IMG/VR virus record: IMGVR_UViG_3300043411_002463 | Location: 1-64,000 of that record | Strand: one strand, 5' to 3' | Length of the DNA: 64,000 nucleotides | Source of the DNA: a virus | Shown: piece by piece, positions 9,801 to 19,124 of the stretch | Layout: each line of letters opens with the position of its first letter | How positions within the stretch are numbered: position 1 is the first letter of the stretch | Notes under the pieces: generated by a model | What the model saw: the letters and a program-made list of their open reading frames with translations, nothing else | Databases searched by the model: none | Told to the model about the DNA's origin: nothing | Position numbers and translations under genes: made by a program

Positions 9801-11965
9801 ATCCTCAAGGAACAAGTTTGCCACAAACATTAAATTGGGCAATTTGCATTGATGAAAATGGCAATCTAATAAGCAAAATACTTACAGATACTTTGCAACA
9901 ATATTTCGTAACAAATGGAACTACAACATATTATGTTGATAGCGTAACATTTAATGAATTGATACATAATAGAAAAGATTTGTGTTTAATTGCAGTTGCC
10001 AATGTTACTATTGCTTCATTAACTGTGAATTCAATTTCTGATGCAAGAATGTTCTTAGTTAATGAGAATTTATCAAGTTCGCTTGTGTTGTCAAGTGATG
10101 ATTTTTCAGGAAATTTTAAAACATTTCCTGCACTTAAACAATATTTAAGCAATTGTTCTGGCAAAAACAATTTAGTTGCATTAAAAGGTGAATTTACTCT
10201 GACAGAATCTGTAGATTTAACTGGATTAGATAGTTTAACTGTATTGGATGGAACTAATTCAGTAGTTAACTTTAATCCAACTGAAGTTGGTGCTAGTATA
10301 TTAATAGATTCCAATTTACACATAAAAAACTGGACTGTTAATTATAATCCACGTGGTGGTGTTTATGATTCAGTAGAAAGTTTTATCAATGGTTTGGGTG
10401 GGGTATTTTATTCAACTAATGGAAATAAATCATCAATAACAATTGAAAATTGTACATTTAATTGCGATGGTTATCAACAAAGACCAGCATTTATAACATT
10501 TGAAAATAATTATGGAAATACGTTATCAAATATTAAAATATTAAACAATAGTTTTAATGATTTGAATACCACGAATCAATTAAGTCAAACACAAAGTGCA
10601 ATATTCTTTTCTTTAACAGGAGGAGATGCAGCTTCAGAATGTGTGTATAAAGATATCTTTATAAAAGATAATTTTGTAAATGAAAGTCAAGGTTTTGTAC
10701 AAAGTTGTGCGGTTGATGATGTGAATATTGCCTTAGATAATTTTGTAATTAGTGATAATTCTTTTGGTTATATTTGTTATAATTTTGGATATCTTGTTGC
10801 TAATTACAATCAAAGTTCATTATTTATAAAAAATAATACTGCAAAAATAATTTCACAAATATCAAACAAAACTATAGGAGCTGCTAAAGTTACAGCACCA
10901 ATTAATAATGGAATGGTATTGGTCGAAGGAAATTATTGTAATTGGATAAAGTCACAAACAATGGATGATGATTCTGTAAATCAACATTCTAGTTTAAATA
11001 TTTCAAATAACACTTTGTTTGGATATGATTCTACTTTCTTAACTGGATTAAATGCTACTTTAAGTAACGCTGCAATTGAAGTTTTGGATTCAACAGATAT
11101 AGGAGGTAATCCATCTTCTTCAACTGTTATTATAAATAACAATAATATTAATTTTAGTAATGATGTAAATAATTATGGATATGATTATGGCATTAAAAGT
11201 AGCTTATCATCAAACATATCAAATAATTTTGTTAGAGGTTTGAATACAAGTTCAGTTGGTATTGATTGTACTGGATTATCTTTAGAAGAAAAGAATTTTA
11301 CTATAACTGGTAATCAAATTTATAGATATGATAATTCTATTGTAAATTATATCAAAATTGGTAGTACTATAGGTAATAATGGATATTTTACTTACATTGT
11401 AGGAAATATGTTTGATGGATATACTGTTGATGGTTCATTAACAACAGTAATAAGTTCAACATATAGTGGAATTGTTAAAGAAAACAAAAATCAAACTTGT
11501 AAATATAGAGTTCCAATGGCAACTGGTAATTATGCAATTGGTACAACAACTGCTTATTTGGCGGGCGGTGGCTATACTTCAGGTAGTTATTTTACAGCTG
11601 GAGTTTTTGGATACACAACGACAGGTACAGAAATAAATGGCAATGTTAGTTTTCCATTATTTTCTTTAATACCAGATGGTGCAGAATTAGTTGATTTAAC
11701 ATTAACTTATACTCCTTCTGCAATACCAACGGTTTCAAGTAGAGTAATTCTATTACTAACAGATACAACTGGTGCTTCTAATGCAGTTGATGAGCCTTGG
11801 CTATCAGGCACAAATACACTAACATTAACTCCAAATGATCGAGTAGTTCATCATCAAATTGCAGAAACTTCAAATACATCTCCAATAGTTCAGATTTATT
11901 TTAAAGCTGAAGGCGCTGCCAGTGTAACTAATATATTTTCTCTAGACGTAACTTTTAGGTATTAA
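6848..11965 (+). CDS. Large virion fibre/structural protein with C-terminal beta-helix region
   Basis: N-terminal YP..LD...INAIRDAIFAIQEALG.NP attachment-type helix, H.A..I..V..AL repeats, and Asn-rich beta-helix turns in the last third. Shares a C-terminal module with the 2918 protein. Confidence 0.65.
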   Translation: MTIYPDQLDDDESLPRVSDNITETGQEAINAIRDAIFAIQEALGTNPNKALSSISNFLDVSHNSDGTLRNSALTSIGLVTLPITNSQVGSNAGIDETKLNLAHSTTDLYTLVSGNSALISSLTSFLNQTNTDFLLHISGADKLSDSITDNRHVASHIDLNAVPIDSRDATYSWSGLFDKDGIIRAASTVAEALLEINNEFVDHQNAVADAHVATAITVDTDNFIEIPSTNTTVQKVLEYLDQSEVLNLGQHRATQHANAIAKISRSEVLDFDGYGAAIVPSTVVHTYLTHAPNTSPVDDLSIGDNVVKFVPTNTSFNFDAYFSQVKVGQVIRINYGNGLEASYPIESIRYTPSVEWIVRTNGVNLCEITDGTATARIDNSLDDRDTHGIFATAHASGVTYTGFIPSVIVSNPKAASVLGLGFDAGQINSEHYKLYLQFYPSGNPIEKSILLPAIDVTGDAGANPGSYSLESIVESCNNEFRRIGFNLRFMAYQHNGEFGIKLTDCIDNASFSIITGDNSSGTLSTSVYTENVIGGSSLDSFDALGLGANGINFASPVYQTTWVDETSAQLPTKLAVPLRKRYAIVNGIKVDDFASMYLANSEGYWDGYISAKNQISSSTIEVTYTVLHNLAPSGLKSGKTITIQPTVDYTDALYSDVDYGRFIIKSVNFIGACGTSPSLTQITVISGVHASEDPIPATAAIGTDVKLYFYDDSVSFNAQNLIDDSVSSYQYKRFMEIFVTDEGKTLSHERARMLVQSESSTQLNSNYLQILDVAPKLRGYLDSSTTQFNKYIRLYILNYNIADGTFDGYLGKRDPSSINIFKTGNVTKGRKNVPVRFYDETNVDYIEFLFKDTSTYPGVNLLSTDSPRYIDLELFNSLQLNDELFYVSSCQLTWGVLGNQNMIQYLTDRRQFGSVDETDFTNSAKNYISSVSKYLDSNGIFFGFELDEISSIVDSGEIFFKGGTCLINGKVLACNNNSITIPRIYPQGTSLPQTLNWAICIDENGNLISKILTDTLQQYFVTNGTTTYYVDSVTFNELIHNRKDLCLIAVANVTIASLTVNSISDARMFLVNENLSSSLVLSSDDFSGNFKTFPALKQYLSNCSGKNNLVALKGEFTLTESVDLTGLDSLTVLDGTNSVVNFNPTEVGASILIDSNLHIKNWTVNYNPRGGVYDSVESFINGLGGVFYSTNGNKSSITIENCTFNCDGYQQRPAFITFENNYGNTLSNIKILNNSFNDLNTTNQLSQTQSAIFFSLTGGDAASECVYKDIFIKDNFVNESQGFVQSCAVDDVNIALDNFVISDNSFGYICYNFGYLVANYNQSSLFIKNNTAKIISQISNKTIGAAKVTAPINNGMVLVEGNYCNWIKSQTMDDDSVNQHSSLNISNNTLFGYDSTFLTGLNATLSNAAIEVLDSTDIGGNPSSSTVIINNNNINFSNDVNNYGYDYGIKSSLSSNISNNFVRGLNTSSVGIDCTGLSLEEKNFTITGNQIYRYDNSIVNYIKIGSTIGNNGYFTYIVGNMFDGYTVDGSLTTVISSTYSGIVKENKNQTCKYRVPMATGNYAIGTTTAYLAGGGYTSGSYFTAGVFGYTTTGTEINGNVSFPLFSLIPDGAELVDLTLTYTPSAIPTVSSRVILLLTDTTGASNAVDEPWLSGTNTLTLTPNDRVVHHQIAETSNTSPIVQIYFKAEGAASVTNIFSLDVTFRY

Positions 11966-11968
11966 TTA

Positions 11969-12760
11969 ATGGCAACTGGTTTTCTTACAAAAACAGATTT
12001 ATACAACATATATAATTATGTTCAAAATTCTGGTCAAGCTTATTGTAAAGAAATTACAATAGAAGCTCTCCGAGATTTTTTCTCAAGAGATAGTTTTTAT
12101 AGATTTGTTAGAGATCAATGGGGATTTAATTTAACTCCATCTCAAGAAGGATTGCCTTTAGATGCTGGAATTAATGATAATACTACTACAAGATTATTTA
12201 TAGGAGATTATTATAGAGGCGATGCTGTATTTTTTCCAGCCATATTTGTTAAAAGTGGTGGTTACAGATATGTACCAATTTCAATGTCAAGAGATAAATA
12301 TTCTGTAAAGTGGTCAAACATTAAATATGTTGATGGTTATGGAAATGAATCTATTGTAAGAACTCCAACTCATTTTTGTCAAGATGGTGCCTGGGAAGGT
12401 TCTTTAAATATTGAAATTCAAGCAAGAGATTCTCAAACTAGAGACGAATTAGTTGATCTTTGTATGTTATTTTTAACAGATACCATGTGGGAAGATTTTG
12501 CAGTTTCTGGCTTGGTAATCAAACCACCAAATGCTGGGGCGCCCGCCGAATCTGATGATAGAAATGCAAAAATATTTAAACAAACAATTTCTTTTGATTT
12601 CAGATCTGAATGGTTAAGAGAAATTCCTGTATCAAATATTATTGAAATTATAAATATTTGTGTTGAAATTGGAAACACAAATTCGACTCCTGAAACTTAC
12701 GCACCAAATTTACAAATAAATACTTCAGTAGAATTAGCCGAAGCGTTATTAACTATATAA
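11969..12760 (+). CDS. Tail terminator / tail-completion-like protein
   Basis: Directly upstream of the sheath. FPAIFV..LNIEIQA.DSQTRDELVD pattern typical of tail terminators. The call is largely positional. Confidence 0.55.
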   Translation: MATGFLTKTDLYNIYNYVQNSGQAYCKEITIEALRDFFSRDSFYRFVRDQWGFNLTPSQEGLPLDAGINDNTTTRLFIGDYYRGDAVFFPAIFVKSGGYRYVPISMSRDKYSVKWSNIKYVDGYGNESIVRTPTHFCQDGAWEGSLNIEIQARDSQTRDELVDLCMLFLTDTMWEDFAVSGLVIKPPNAGAPAESDDRNAKIFKQTISFDFRSEWLREIPVSNIIEIINICVEIGNTNSTPETYAPNLQINTSVELAEALLTI

Positions 12761-12844
12761 ATGTACGTCGAAAGTTAAAAATATAAACGAATAATTCAAT
12801 ATAACATGAGAATCTTTTAAAATTACATTTTAAGGATATAGAAC

Positions 12845-15274
12845 ATGCCTGATTTTCCTGGTTCACAAAACGCAAGTCCTGGTCCATACTCAACTTCAAA
12901 TACCTTATCATCTGGTGTTCGCGTGCCTGGTGGTACAAGAACTGCAGTGTTGATGGGTGAAGGCTTAAAGAAAGAAATTATTGTTTCATCTGCAAACGGT
13001 AGCGGAGCTGATGGACTTAATTCTACTTATGCAAGCACAAACGGTAGAGATGGTAGACACTTTTTACTATCAAATTCACCTTTAATTTCAAACAGAACAA
13101 CATTATATAAAAATGGAATTCCGTTAACAGGATTAGAACAAGCATTTACTTCTTCATCTGGTTCTTTTAGTTCTTTATATGATTATAGAATTAATATAAA
13201 TAATGGAAGAATAGAATTGCAAACAGCTTCTCTTGTTGATCAAGGTGGTTCGTTTTATGCAACATCCTCATTAAATCAAGGTAATGGCGTTCTAAACAGT
13301 TTAGAATTGTTAGATGAAAATGCAGTCACTGAAACTTGGACAGTTAGATGTGTTTCTGTTAGAAGAGACACAAATGGTGATCCAATAGATGGTTATGCAC
13401 GTTTCGTAGCTCAAGGTTCAGTTTCAGGTATTTTGGATGATGGTTATGGCAGTCCAGTTATTTGGCAATCAAATAACACTGTTGTAAATAATGGAGTTTT
13501 ATCTTTCTCAGTTGATGAAGGAAGTTCATTATTTAGAGAAGGTGATAAGTTTACTGTAAAAGTTAAAGGTGGAGCATTAACAAAAGGCGAAAGCTTATAT
13601 GCAACCTATATTGCAGAAACTGATATTAATACACCAACATTCTTTACAGACCCAGGACAATTTACTAAAAAGCACGGTCTTCCTTCAAGTGATAACTATT
13701 TAGCTATAGGTGCGCAATTAGCATGGGCAAATAGCACACCAGGAATTTATGCAATTCAAACAGCACCAGCAGTACCAAGAAGAGTTTCTTATGCTTTAGA
13801 AGCTTCTGCTTCAGGCGGTGCAGTAGCTGATGATTTGAAATTCTCTTTGCCATTGGGTGTTGTTCCAAGCGTTGATTATAATATCAATTTCTTTGTAACT
13901 GATCCTGCCACAGATACAGAATCTCAATTAATTCCAAATAAAGTTGATTTTTATGATGCAACTTTTACAGCTACACCAAATTCATTCTATTTTGGTTCAA
14001 ATGTATATTCTTATACTGTTATCTTGGAAGATGCAGTTGTAGCTGACGCAGATGATGGCGAAGTAACTGCTCTTGGTGTATTTTCAAGTTCAACTGTAAC
14101 TTTCAATTCAAGTCATGAAGGTTTAACTCTTAAGATTTTGAATCCAGAAACACAAGATGGTAGTTATACAATTGTTTCTGTTGCAGATGGAAAAGCCACA
14201 TTATCTGGTTCATTTACCGCTGAAACAGGAATAGAGTTTCAAATAGTTGATAGTACACAAGAAACAGCTGCAATTTTATTTACTGATGATCTTGCACTAG
14301 GAGCTGGAGTATCATTACGCTGCACAGTAGTTGACAATAGAGACTCTGATTTCTTTGATGTTGGTTGGACTGCTGCATATGAAGCTTTGGAAACAATTGA
14401 TGTTTCAATGGTAGTTCCACTACCAAGCCAAACAATTTCTGCAATTTTCCAAAACGGCAGAAGTCACGTTGAAACAATGTCAAATGTGCAAAATAAAAAA
14501 GAAAGAGTTCTATTTATTGGAGCAATTTCAGGATTAACAACTGATAATTTGCTTGGCACAACAAGTGCAGCAGTAGAAGATATTGGTATTCTTGAAGGTA
14601 TTCAAGGAGATGATGTTTCTGAGATTTTGGCAGGTAACACAGAAGATTTAACAGATTATTCTGTAACCAATTCTTTCGGTACTACATATAGAGTAGTTTA
14701 CTTCTATCCAGATGAAATTATTGTACAAGTTGGTGGAGATAGATTGGCTTTGAGTGGTTATTTTATGGGTGCAGCTGCGGCAGGTTTCTTGTCAGGCGTC
14801 CCATATATTGCACAACCACTAACTAGAAAATCATTATCTGGCTTTACAATTCTTTCAACTAAGAAACTCCGTCCAATAGTATTGAATAACTTACAAGCAG
14901 CTGGGATCGCGGTTGTTGAACCAATCACTGGTGGTGGTAAGGTTAATTGGGGACGTACAACAACTTCTTCAGGATTCCCAGAAGAAGAAGAGTTGAGTAT
15001 AGTGTTTATTAGAGATAGAGTTTCTCAAGCTCTACGTAATGGTTTAGACCCATTTGTTGGTACAGCAGAAGACGAAGGTTTAACTGGTTCTATATTAACT
15101 AAATCTGATAAAATAGTTAAAGGATTAAAGAGTCAAAAATTAATCACAACTTATAAAAACTTGAGAGTTACACCTTCTGATGTTGATCCAAGACAATATA
15201 ATGTTTCTGTTCAAGTTCGTCCAGCATATGCAATAAACTGGATTTATATCGAAGTTCAAGTAGGAAATATTTAA
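12845..15274 (+). CDS. Contractile tail sheath protein (with large insertion domains)
   Basis: N-terminal PGPYS..V. C-terminal sheath core (EELSIVFIRDRV..YNVSVQVRPAYAINWIYIEVQV). Followed by the tube gene. Confidence 0.9.
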   Translation: MPDFPGSQNASPGPYSTSNTLSSGVRVPGGTRTAVLMGEGLKKEIIVSSANGSGADGLNSTYASTNGRDGRHFLLSNSPLISNRTTLYKNGIPLTGLEQAFTSSSGSFSSLYDYRININNGRIELQTASLVDQGGSFYATSSLNQGNGVLNSLELLDENAVTETWTVRCVSVRRDTNGDPIDGYARFVAQGSVSGILDDGYGSPVIWQSNNTVVNNGVLSFSVDEGSSLFREGDKFTVKVKGGALTKGESLYATYIAETDINTPTFFTDPGQFTKKHGLPSSDNYLAIGAQLAWANSTPGIYAIQTAPAVPRRVSYALEASASGGAVADDLKFSLPLGVVPSVDYNINFFVTDPATDTESQLIPNKVDFYDATFTATPNSFYFGSNVYSYTVILEDAVVADADDGEVTALGVFSSSTVTFNSSHEGLTLKILNPETQDGSYTIVSVADGKATLSGSFTAETGIEFQIVDSTQETAAILFTDDLALGAGVSLRCTVVDNRDSDFFDVGWTAAYEALETIDVSMVVPLPSQTISAIFQNGRSHVETMSNVQNKKERVLFIGAISGLTTDNLLGTTSAAVEDIGILEGIQGDDVSEILAGNTEDLTDYSVTNSFGTTYRVVYFYPDEIIVQVGGDRLALSGYFMGAAAAGFLSGVPYIAQPLTRKSLSGFTILSTKKLRPIVLNNLQAAGIAVVEPITGGGKVNWGRTTTSSGFPEEEELSIVFIRDRVSQALRNGLDPFVGTAEDEGLTGSILTKSDKIVKGLKSQKLITTYKNLRVTPSDVDPRQYNVSVQVRPAYAINWIYIEVQVGNI

Positions 15275-15275
15275 T

Positions 15276-15290
15276 AATAATTTAACATAA
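15276..15290 (+). promoter_or_regulatory. Candidate phage late-promoter motif (AATAATTTnnCATAA), representative copy
   Basis: Similar 15-mers sit just upstream of virion genes at 15, 58, 2879, 6377, 12790, 15276, 17048, 31120 and 40992. Confidence 0.45.
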
Positions 15291-15314
15291 TTATTAGATA
15301 ATAAGGTTTAATAA

Positions 15315-15947
15315 ATGGCTACAAGAAATACTGGCTCTCCCATAAAAGATGAACAAGGTAATAATGCAACAAAAACGCATTTATCTACACACATTTTAAT
15401 AAAAGTGAATGGCAACATTGTTGGTGCTGTTCAAAGTATTAAAATAAGTGAAAGACGCGACGTTGCAAAAATTCCAGAAGTAGGCACTGATGGAATTATA
15501 GATTCTGCACCTAAATCTGCAGTAGACGTTTCTGGTTCAATAACAAGAACTAGATACAATCGTCGTCGGGCGTTAGAAGCATTGGGACGTGGATTTATTC
15601 ATCCCCATGCACAAAGAATACCTTTTGATATAGAAATTCAAGATACATTTGCAGATAATGATATTAATAATTCAGTAATAACTGTATTAGAAAATGTCTG
15701 GATAACAAGCTGTGATGTAACTTATAGTGCAACTGATTATGTTATCGTTGATGATGTAAATTGGACATGTGAAAGAATCTATAGCTTAGTTAATGGTGGT
15801 AATGTTGTCAACTCTGCTTCATCAAATGGTCTACAAAATCCAATCGTACTTAATCAGTTTGAACAAGAAGCTGATCGCGGTGCATTTACTGGTGCTCTTG
15901 ATGCAGCTGGTTTATTGAATGCATTTTTAAACGATCCAACAGTATAA
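15315..15947 (+). CDS. Tail tube protein
   Basis: IKVNGNIVGAVQSI..IPEVG..VSGSITR..FDIEIQD..LENVWITS tube-fold pattern, immediately after the sheath. Confidence 0.85.
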   Translation: MATRNTGSPIKDEQGNNATKTHLSTHILIKVNGNIVGAVQSIKISERRDVAKIPEVGTDGIIDSAPKSAVDVSGSITRTRYNRRRALEALGRGFIHPHAQRIPFDIEIQDTFADNDINNSVITVLENVWITSCDVTYSATDYVIVDDVNWTCERIYSLVNGGNVVNSASSNGLQNPIVLNQFEQEADRGAFTGALDAAGLLNAFLNDPTV

Positions 15948-15972
15948 CCTGATATATTAATCAGTGATAATT

Positions 15973-16000
15973 AAACGCCAAAACAAAATTTGGCGTTTTT
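15973..16000 (+). terminator. Rho-independent terminator after the tail tube gene
   Basis: AAACGCCAAA-ACAAAA-TTTGGCGTTT stem-loop followed by a T-run. Confidence 0.7.
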
Positions 16001-16018
16001 CATTTCAAAAGGAAAATT

Positions 16019-16714
16019 ATGTCAATAGAATTTAATTCACCACTTGGTCGCCTTGCTTTTGCTGAAGAACATGCATTAAATGGAAATAATCCCAAGATAA
16101 TTGGAATTTCTGATGAGACAAATCCAGTCAAACCAAAAGTTATAGAAAAAATTAAAGAAAGTGAAATGGATGTTTATTCCACTGATAAAGAAGAGTGGGA
16201 TCAAATTGCAAAATTAGTTGATGATCAAGAAGCTTTAAGAGAAAAAGTAGAAAGTTTACGAGCTAAAAACAAAGAAAGCTTATTAAAAATTAATGATAAA
16301 AACAGAGAAAAAGTTGAAGTATTATTAAGTTTAAAACGAAAAACTAAAGATGTAGAAATTGGTGAGATGGTTTTTAGAATTTCGACTTTGAAAAGAAAAC
16401 AATCAAAAGAATTATCTTTAGCATTATTGGACAAAAGAAAAACAAGTCCAAATGATTTAGATTTAACATTTGAATTAATGAATGAAACTTTAGCTAGAGT
16501 TATTGTAGAAGTGTCAGATTTGGATACGACATTAGGAAAGTTTGTTTCATTTAAAGATTTTCTTGGTGTTGAAGATGAAAAAGATATTGTTTTATTTATT
16601 GAAGAATTAGATGAAGATGTTGTTGATTTATTATATAGTGAGTATTTAAATCTTAAAAAAGATGTATCTTTTGAAACATCAGAAAAGACAGTTGAAGAAA
16701 TAAAAAAATTGTAA
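16019..16714 (+). CDS. Tail assembly chaperone (lambda gpG-like)
   Basis: Acidic/basic helical protein between tube and tape measure. Ends in a slippery A7 run (EEIKKL*). Confidence 0.75.
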   Translation: MSIEFNSPLGRLAFAEEHALNGNNPKIIGISDETNPVKPKVIEKIKESEMDVYSTDKEEWDQIAKLVDDQEALREKVESLRAKNKESLLKINDKNREKVEVLLSLKRKTKDVEIGEMVFRISTLKRKQSKELSLALLDKRKTSPNDLDLTFELMNETLARVIVEVSDLDTTLGKFVSFKDFLGVEDEKDIVLFIEELDEDVVDLLYSEYLNLKKDVSFETSEKTVEEIKKL

Positions 16715-17052
16715 AGGAGCCTGACCACAAATTTCTATTTTTTCTTTTTGAAAAAAAGGGATGGCTCCCCGATTCTCCAGAGATTGAGGAATTAGATGCA
16801 ATAACATATGCATGGTTATATCTTTCTTGGTTAGATTCAATTAATGACAAGATTGAATATGACAGAAATAATTCAATATTAGTTGGTAGTTTTTCCAATC
16901 CTGCAGCAGCTCAAAAAATGTTGCAAAAACCAACAGCCTCTATGTCTGATGAAGATTTCGAAAAACTTGGTGAAGCTATTGATAAATTACCACCACTTTC
17001 AGAAGAAAAACAGACAAAGAAGAAAAAGAAAAGAAAAATATTGAAACAATAA
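16019..17052 (+). CDS. Frameshifted tail assembly chaperone (gpGT-like), -1 shift at 16702-16708, about 344 aa
   Basis: A-AAA-AAA heptamer at 16702-16708. The -1 frame is open from 16696 to TAA at 17050-17052 (IVKEPDHKFLFFLFEKKGWLPDSP...KILKQ) and fills the gap to the tape measure gene. Confidence 0.8.
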
Positions 17053-17078
17053 TTTGTCATAATAATAGAGCTTAAAAT

Positions 17079-19124
17079 ATGGCAGATCCAATTGATTCAA
17101 AAGCGTTAGAAGAATTAGCAGATGCAACTGATAAGGTAGCTGCGGCTAATGAAAAAAGTGCGGGGGCAGCAGATAAAGCAGCCTCAGCATTTAAAGATCT
17201 GGGTTCTTCTAGCAAAGATTTAAAAGAAAGAGCAAAAGATTTAAATGATTCGATTGAAGAGCTTGGTAAAAAATTATCAGGCAAATCTTTTACAGAATCA
17301 AAAGATATTTTAATTAATGAGACTAAAAAATATTTTTCTTCTCTTGATAAAGGTGCTGCTGATTCTGCACTTAGTTTGGCTTTAACAGGAGCTAAATTAA
17401 CTGCATTGAATGTCGCATTGGCTAGAACTCCATCATCAAATATATTTTCATCTTTAAATAAAGAAGCACAAGATGCTAATACAGAATCTGCCAAAGCAAT
17501 TGATTCAATAATTAAACTATCTGGTTTTAAGCCAGATTCAACCCTTGGTAAATTTTTAACAGATAGTGTAAAAGATGTAGTTAGTAGAAACGATCAATTA
17601 CGCCAAACAGAAATGGGTTTCTATCGTATAATGGCAGCTTCTGGGCAGCTTAATAGATTCACTGGCGAAGTTGGTATTGGTTTTGAAAATATGGAAAAAA
17701 AGCTTTTAGCTTTTAATGATCTTTCATATACAACAGCCCAAGCAACAGGTTTAAGTGCAGATAAAGTTGCAGGTTACGCTCAAGAATTATTAAAAATACC
17801 AAATGGTATGGATAAAAATATTCAAGTTGGAGCAACTAGAGAAATTAATGCACTAGAAGCTAGCTTAAAAGTTGCTACAGGAACTGGACAAGAATATTCT
17901 AAAGTAATAGATATTATTGGTTCAAGATATAATGATTTAAATTCTACTACTCAATCTTCTTTAGAATACATCAGTAGGGTAAATCTTGCTACGCAAAATT
18001 TAAAAATACCATTTGGCATGGCTTCTGGATATGTTGATGATACGGCTAGAAGTTTAAGATTTTTTGGAGATAATACTCAAGCCTCTATAAATATTCTAGA
18101 AAGATTAACTCCAGCTTTTAGAGCAACTGGATTATCTATTAACGCAACTTCAGAGTTAGTTAAAGATATTACTGGTAATTTAACTTCAATGGGTTTGGCA
18201 GAAAGATCTTTCTTATCTCGTTCATCTGGTGGTCCTGGAGGTTTAAAAGGCGCTTATCAAATTGAACAATTAAAAGCAGAAGGTAAATTTGATCAAATTC
18301 AAAAAATGGCAGAGGAGTCATTAAAGAAACAATTTGGTGGTAGAATAGTTTCATTAAAAGAAGCTACCCAAGATGAAGGCGCAGCACGTCAATTAACTAA
18401 ACAAGTTCAATTAGTAACACAAGGTCCAACCAAACTTGTAAAGAATGAAGAAGAGGCATATAAGCTCTTTGAAGCTATGCAAAAGGGTATTTCTTCACCT
18501 GAATTGATAACGGGTCAACAAGCATTGACTCAAGCGGTTGATGCTGGAAGTGCAATTCAAGAAAAGCAAACATCACAACTAACATTAATTCAAAATACAT
18601 TAGAACAAGCAAATCAATATGCAGCTATTACATCTTACTCAACAAGTAGACAATTAGAATCAGAATTAGCATCTACTTTAGGATTACAAGGATATTCAAA
18701 ACAAAAACAAGCAGATTATACTAACTTAAATACTGGAAATAGATTTTTTCAGAACGCATCATTAGGAACCAATACACAATTAAATGCAGACGATGTTCTT
18801 AAAGAAGAATTAAAAAATTCTTTAGACATAGTTTCAAGTAAAACTGGTGTAGATTTAAGATCGGAAATTAGTAAAGGATTACAAAACTTAAATATTAGAA
18901 ATCAAGATATTCCTAATTTAACTGAAGAAATTAGTGGTAAAGATAATTCACTTAATCAAAATAATACAAAATCTCCAACAGTACAAGTTGAAGTTCAAAC
19001 AGTTTGTCAAGTTTGTCAAAAGAAAATAGCTCAAAATGAAGCTACAAAAGTATTTAATAAAGGTATGAAGCAAGAAAAAATGGGCGATATTTCACATATG
19101 CATAACGGAATTTCAGGTGGCTAA
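17079..19124 (+). CDS. Tape measure protein
   Basis: Ala/Leu/Lys/Gln-rich helical 681-aa protein directly after the chaperone pair. C-terminal CQVC. Confidence 0.75.
   Translation: MADPIDSKALEELADATDKVAAANEKSAGAADKAASAFKDLGSSSKDLKERAKDLNDSIEELGKKLSGKSFTESKDILINETKKYFSSLDKGAADSALSLALTGAKLTALNVALARTPSSNIFSSLNKEAQDANTESAKAIDSIIKLSGFKPDSTLGKFLTDSVKDVVSRNDQLRQTEMGFYRIMAASGQLNRFTGEVGIGFENMEKKLLAFNDLSYTTAQATGLSADKVAGYAQELLKIPNGMDKNIQVGATREINALEASLKVATGTGQEYSKVIDIIGSRYNDLNSTTQSSLEYISRVNLATQNLKIPFGMASGYVDDTARSLRFFGDNTQASINILERLTPAFRATGLSINATSELVKDITGNLTSMGLAERSFLSRSSGGPGGLKGAYQIEQLKAEGKFDQIQKMAEESLKKQFGGRIVSLKEATQDEGAARQLTKQVQLVTQGPTKLVKNEEEAYKLFEAMQKGISSPELITGQQALTQAVDAGSAIQEKQTSQLTLIQNTLEQANQYAAITSYSTSRQLESELASTLGLQGYSKQKQADYTNLNTGNRFFQNASLGTNTQLNADDVLKEELKNSLDIVSSKTGVDLRSEISKGLQNLNIRNQDIPNLTEEISGKDNSLNQNNTKSPTVQVEVQTVCQVCQKKIAQNEATKVFNKGMKQEKMGDISHMHNGISGG

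Noticed and set aside
16653-16898. 81-aa minus-strand ORF filling the chaperone-tape measure gap
   Set aside because: The gap is better explained by the + strand -1 frameshift extension.
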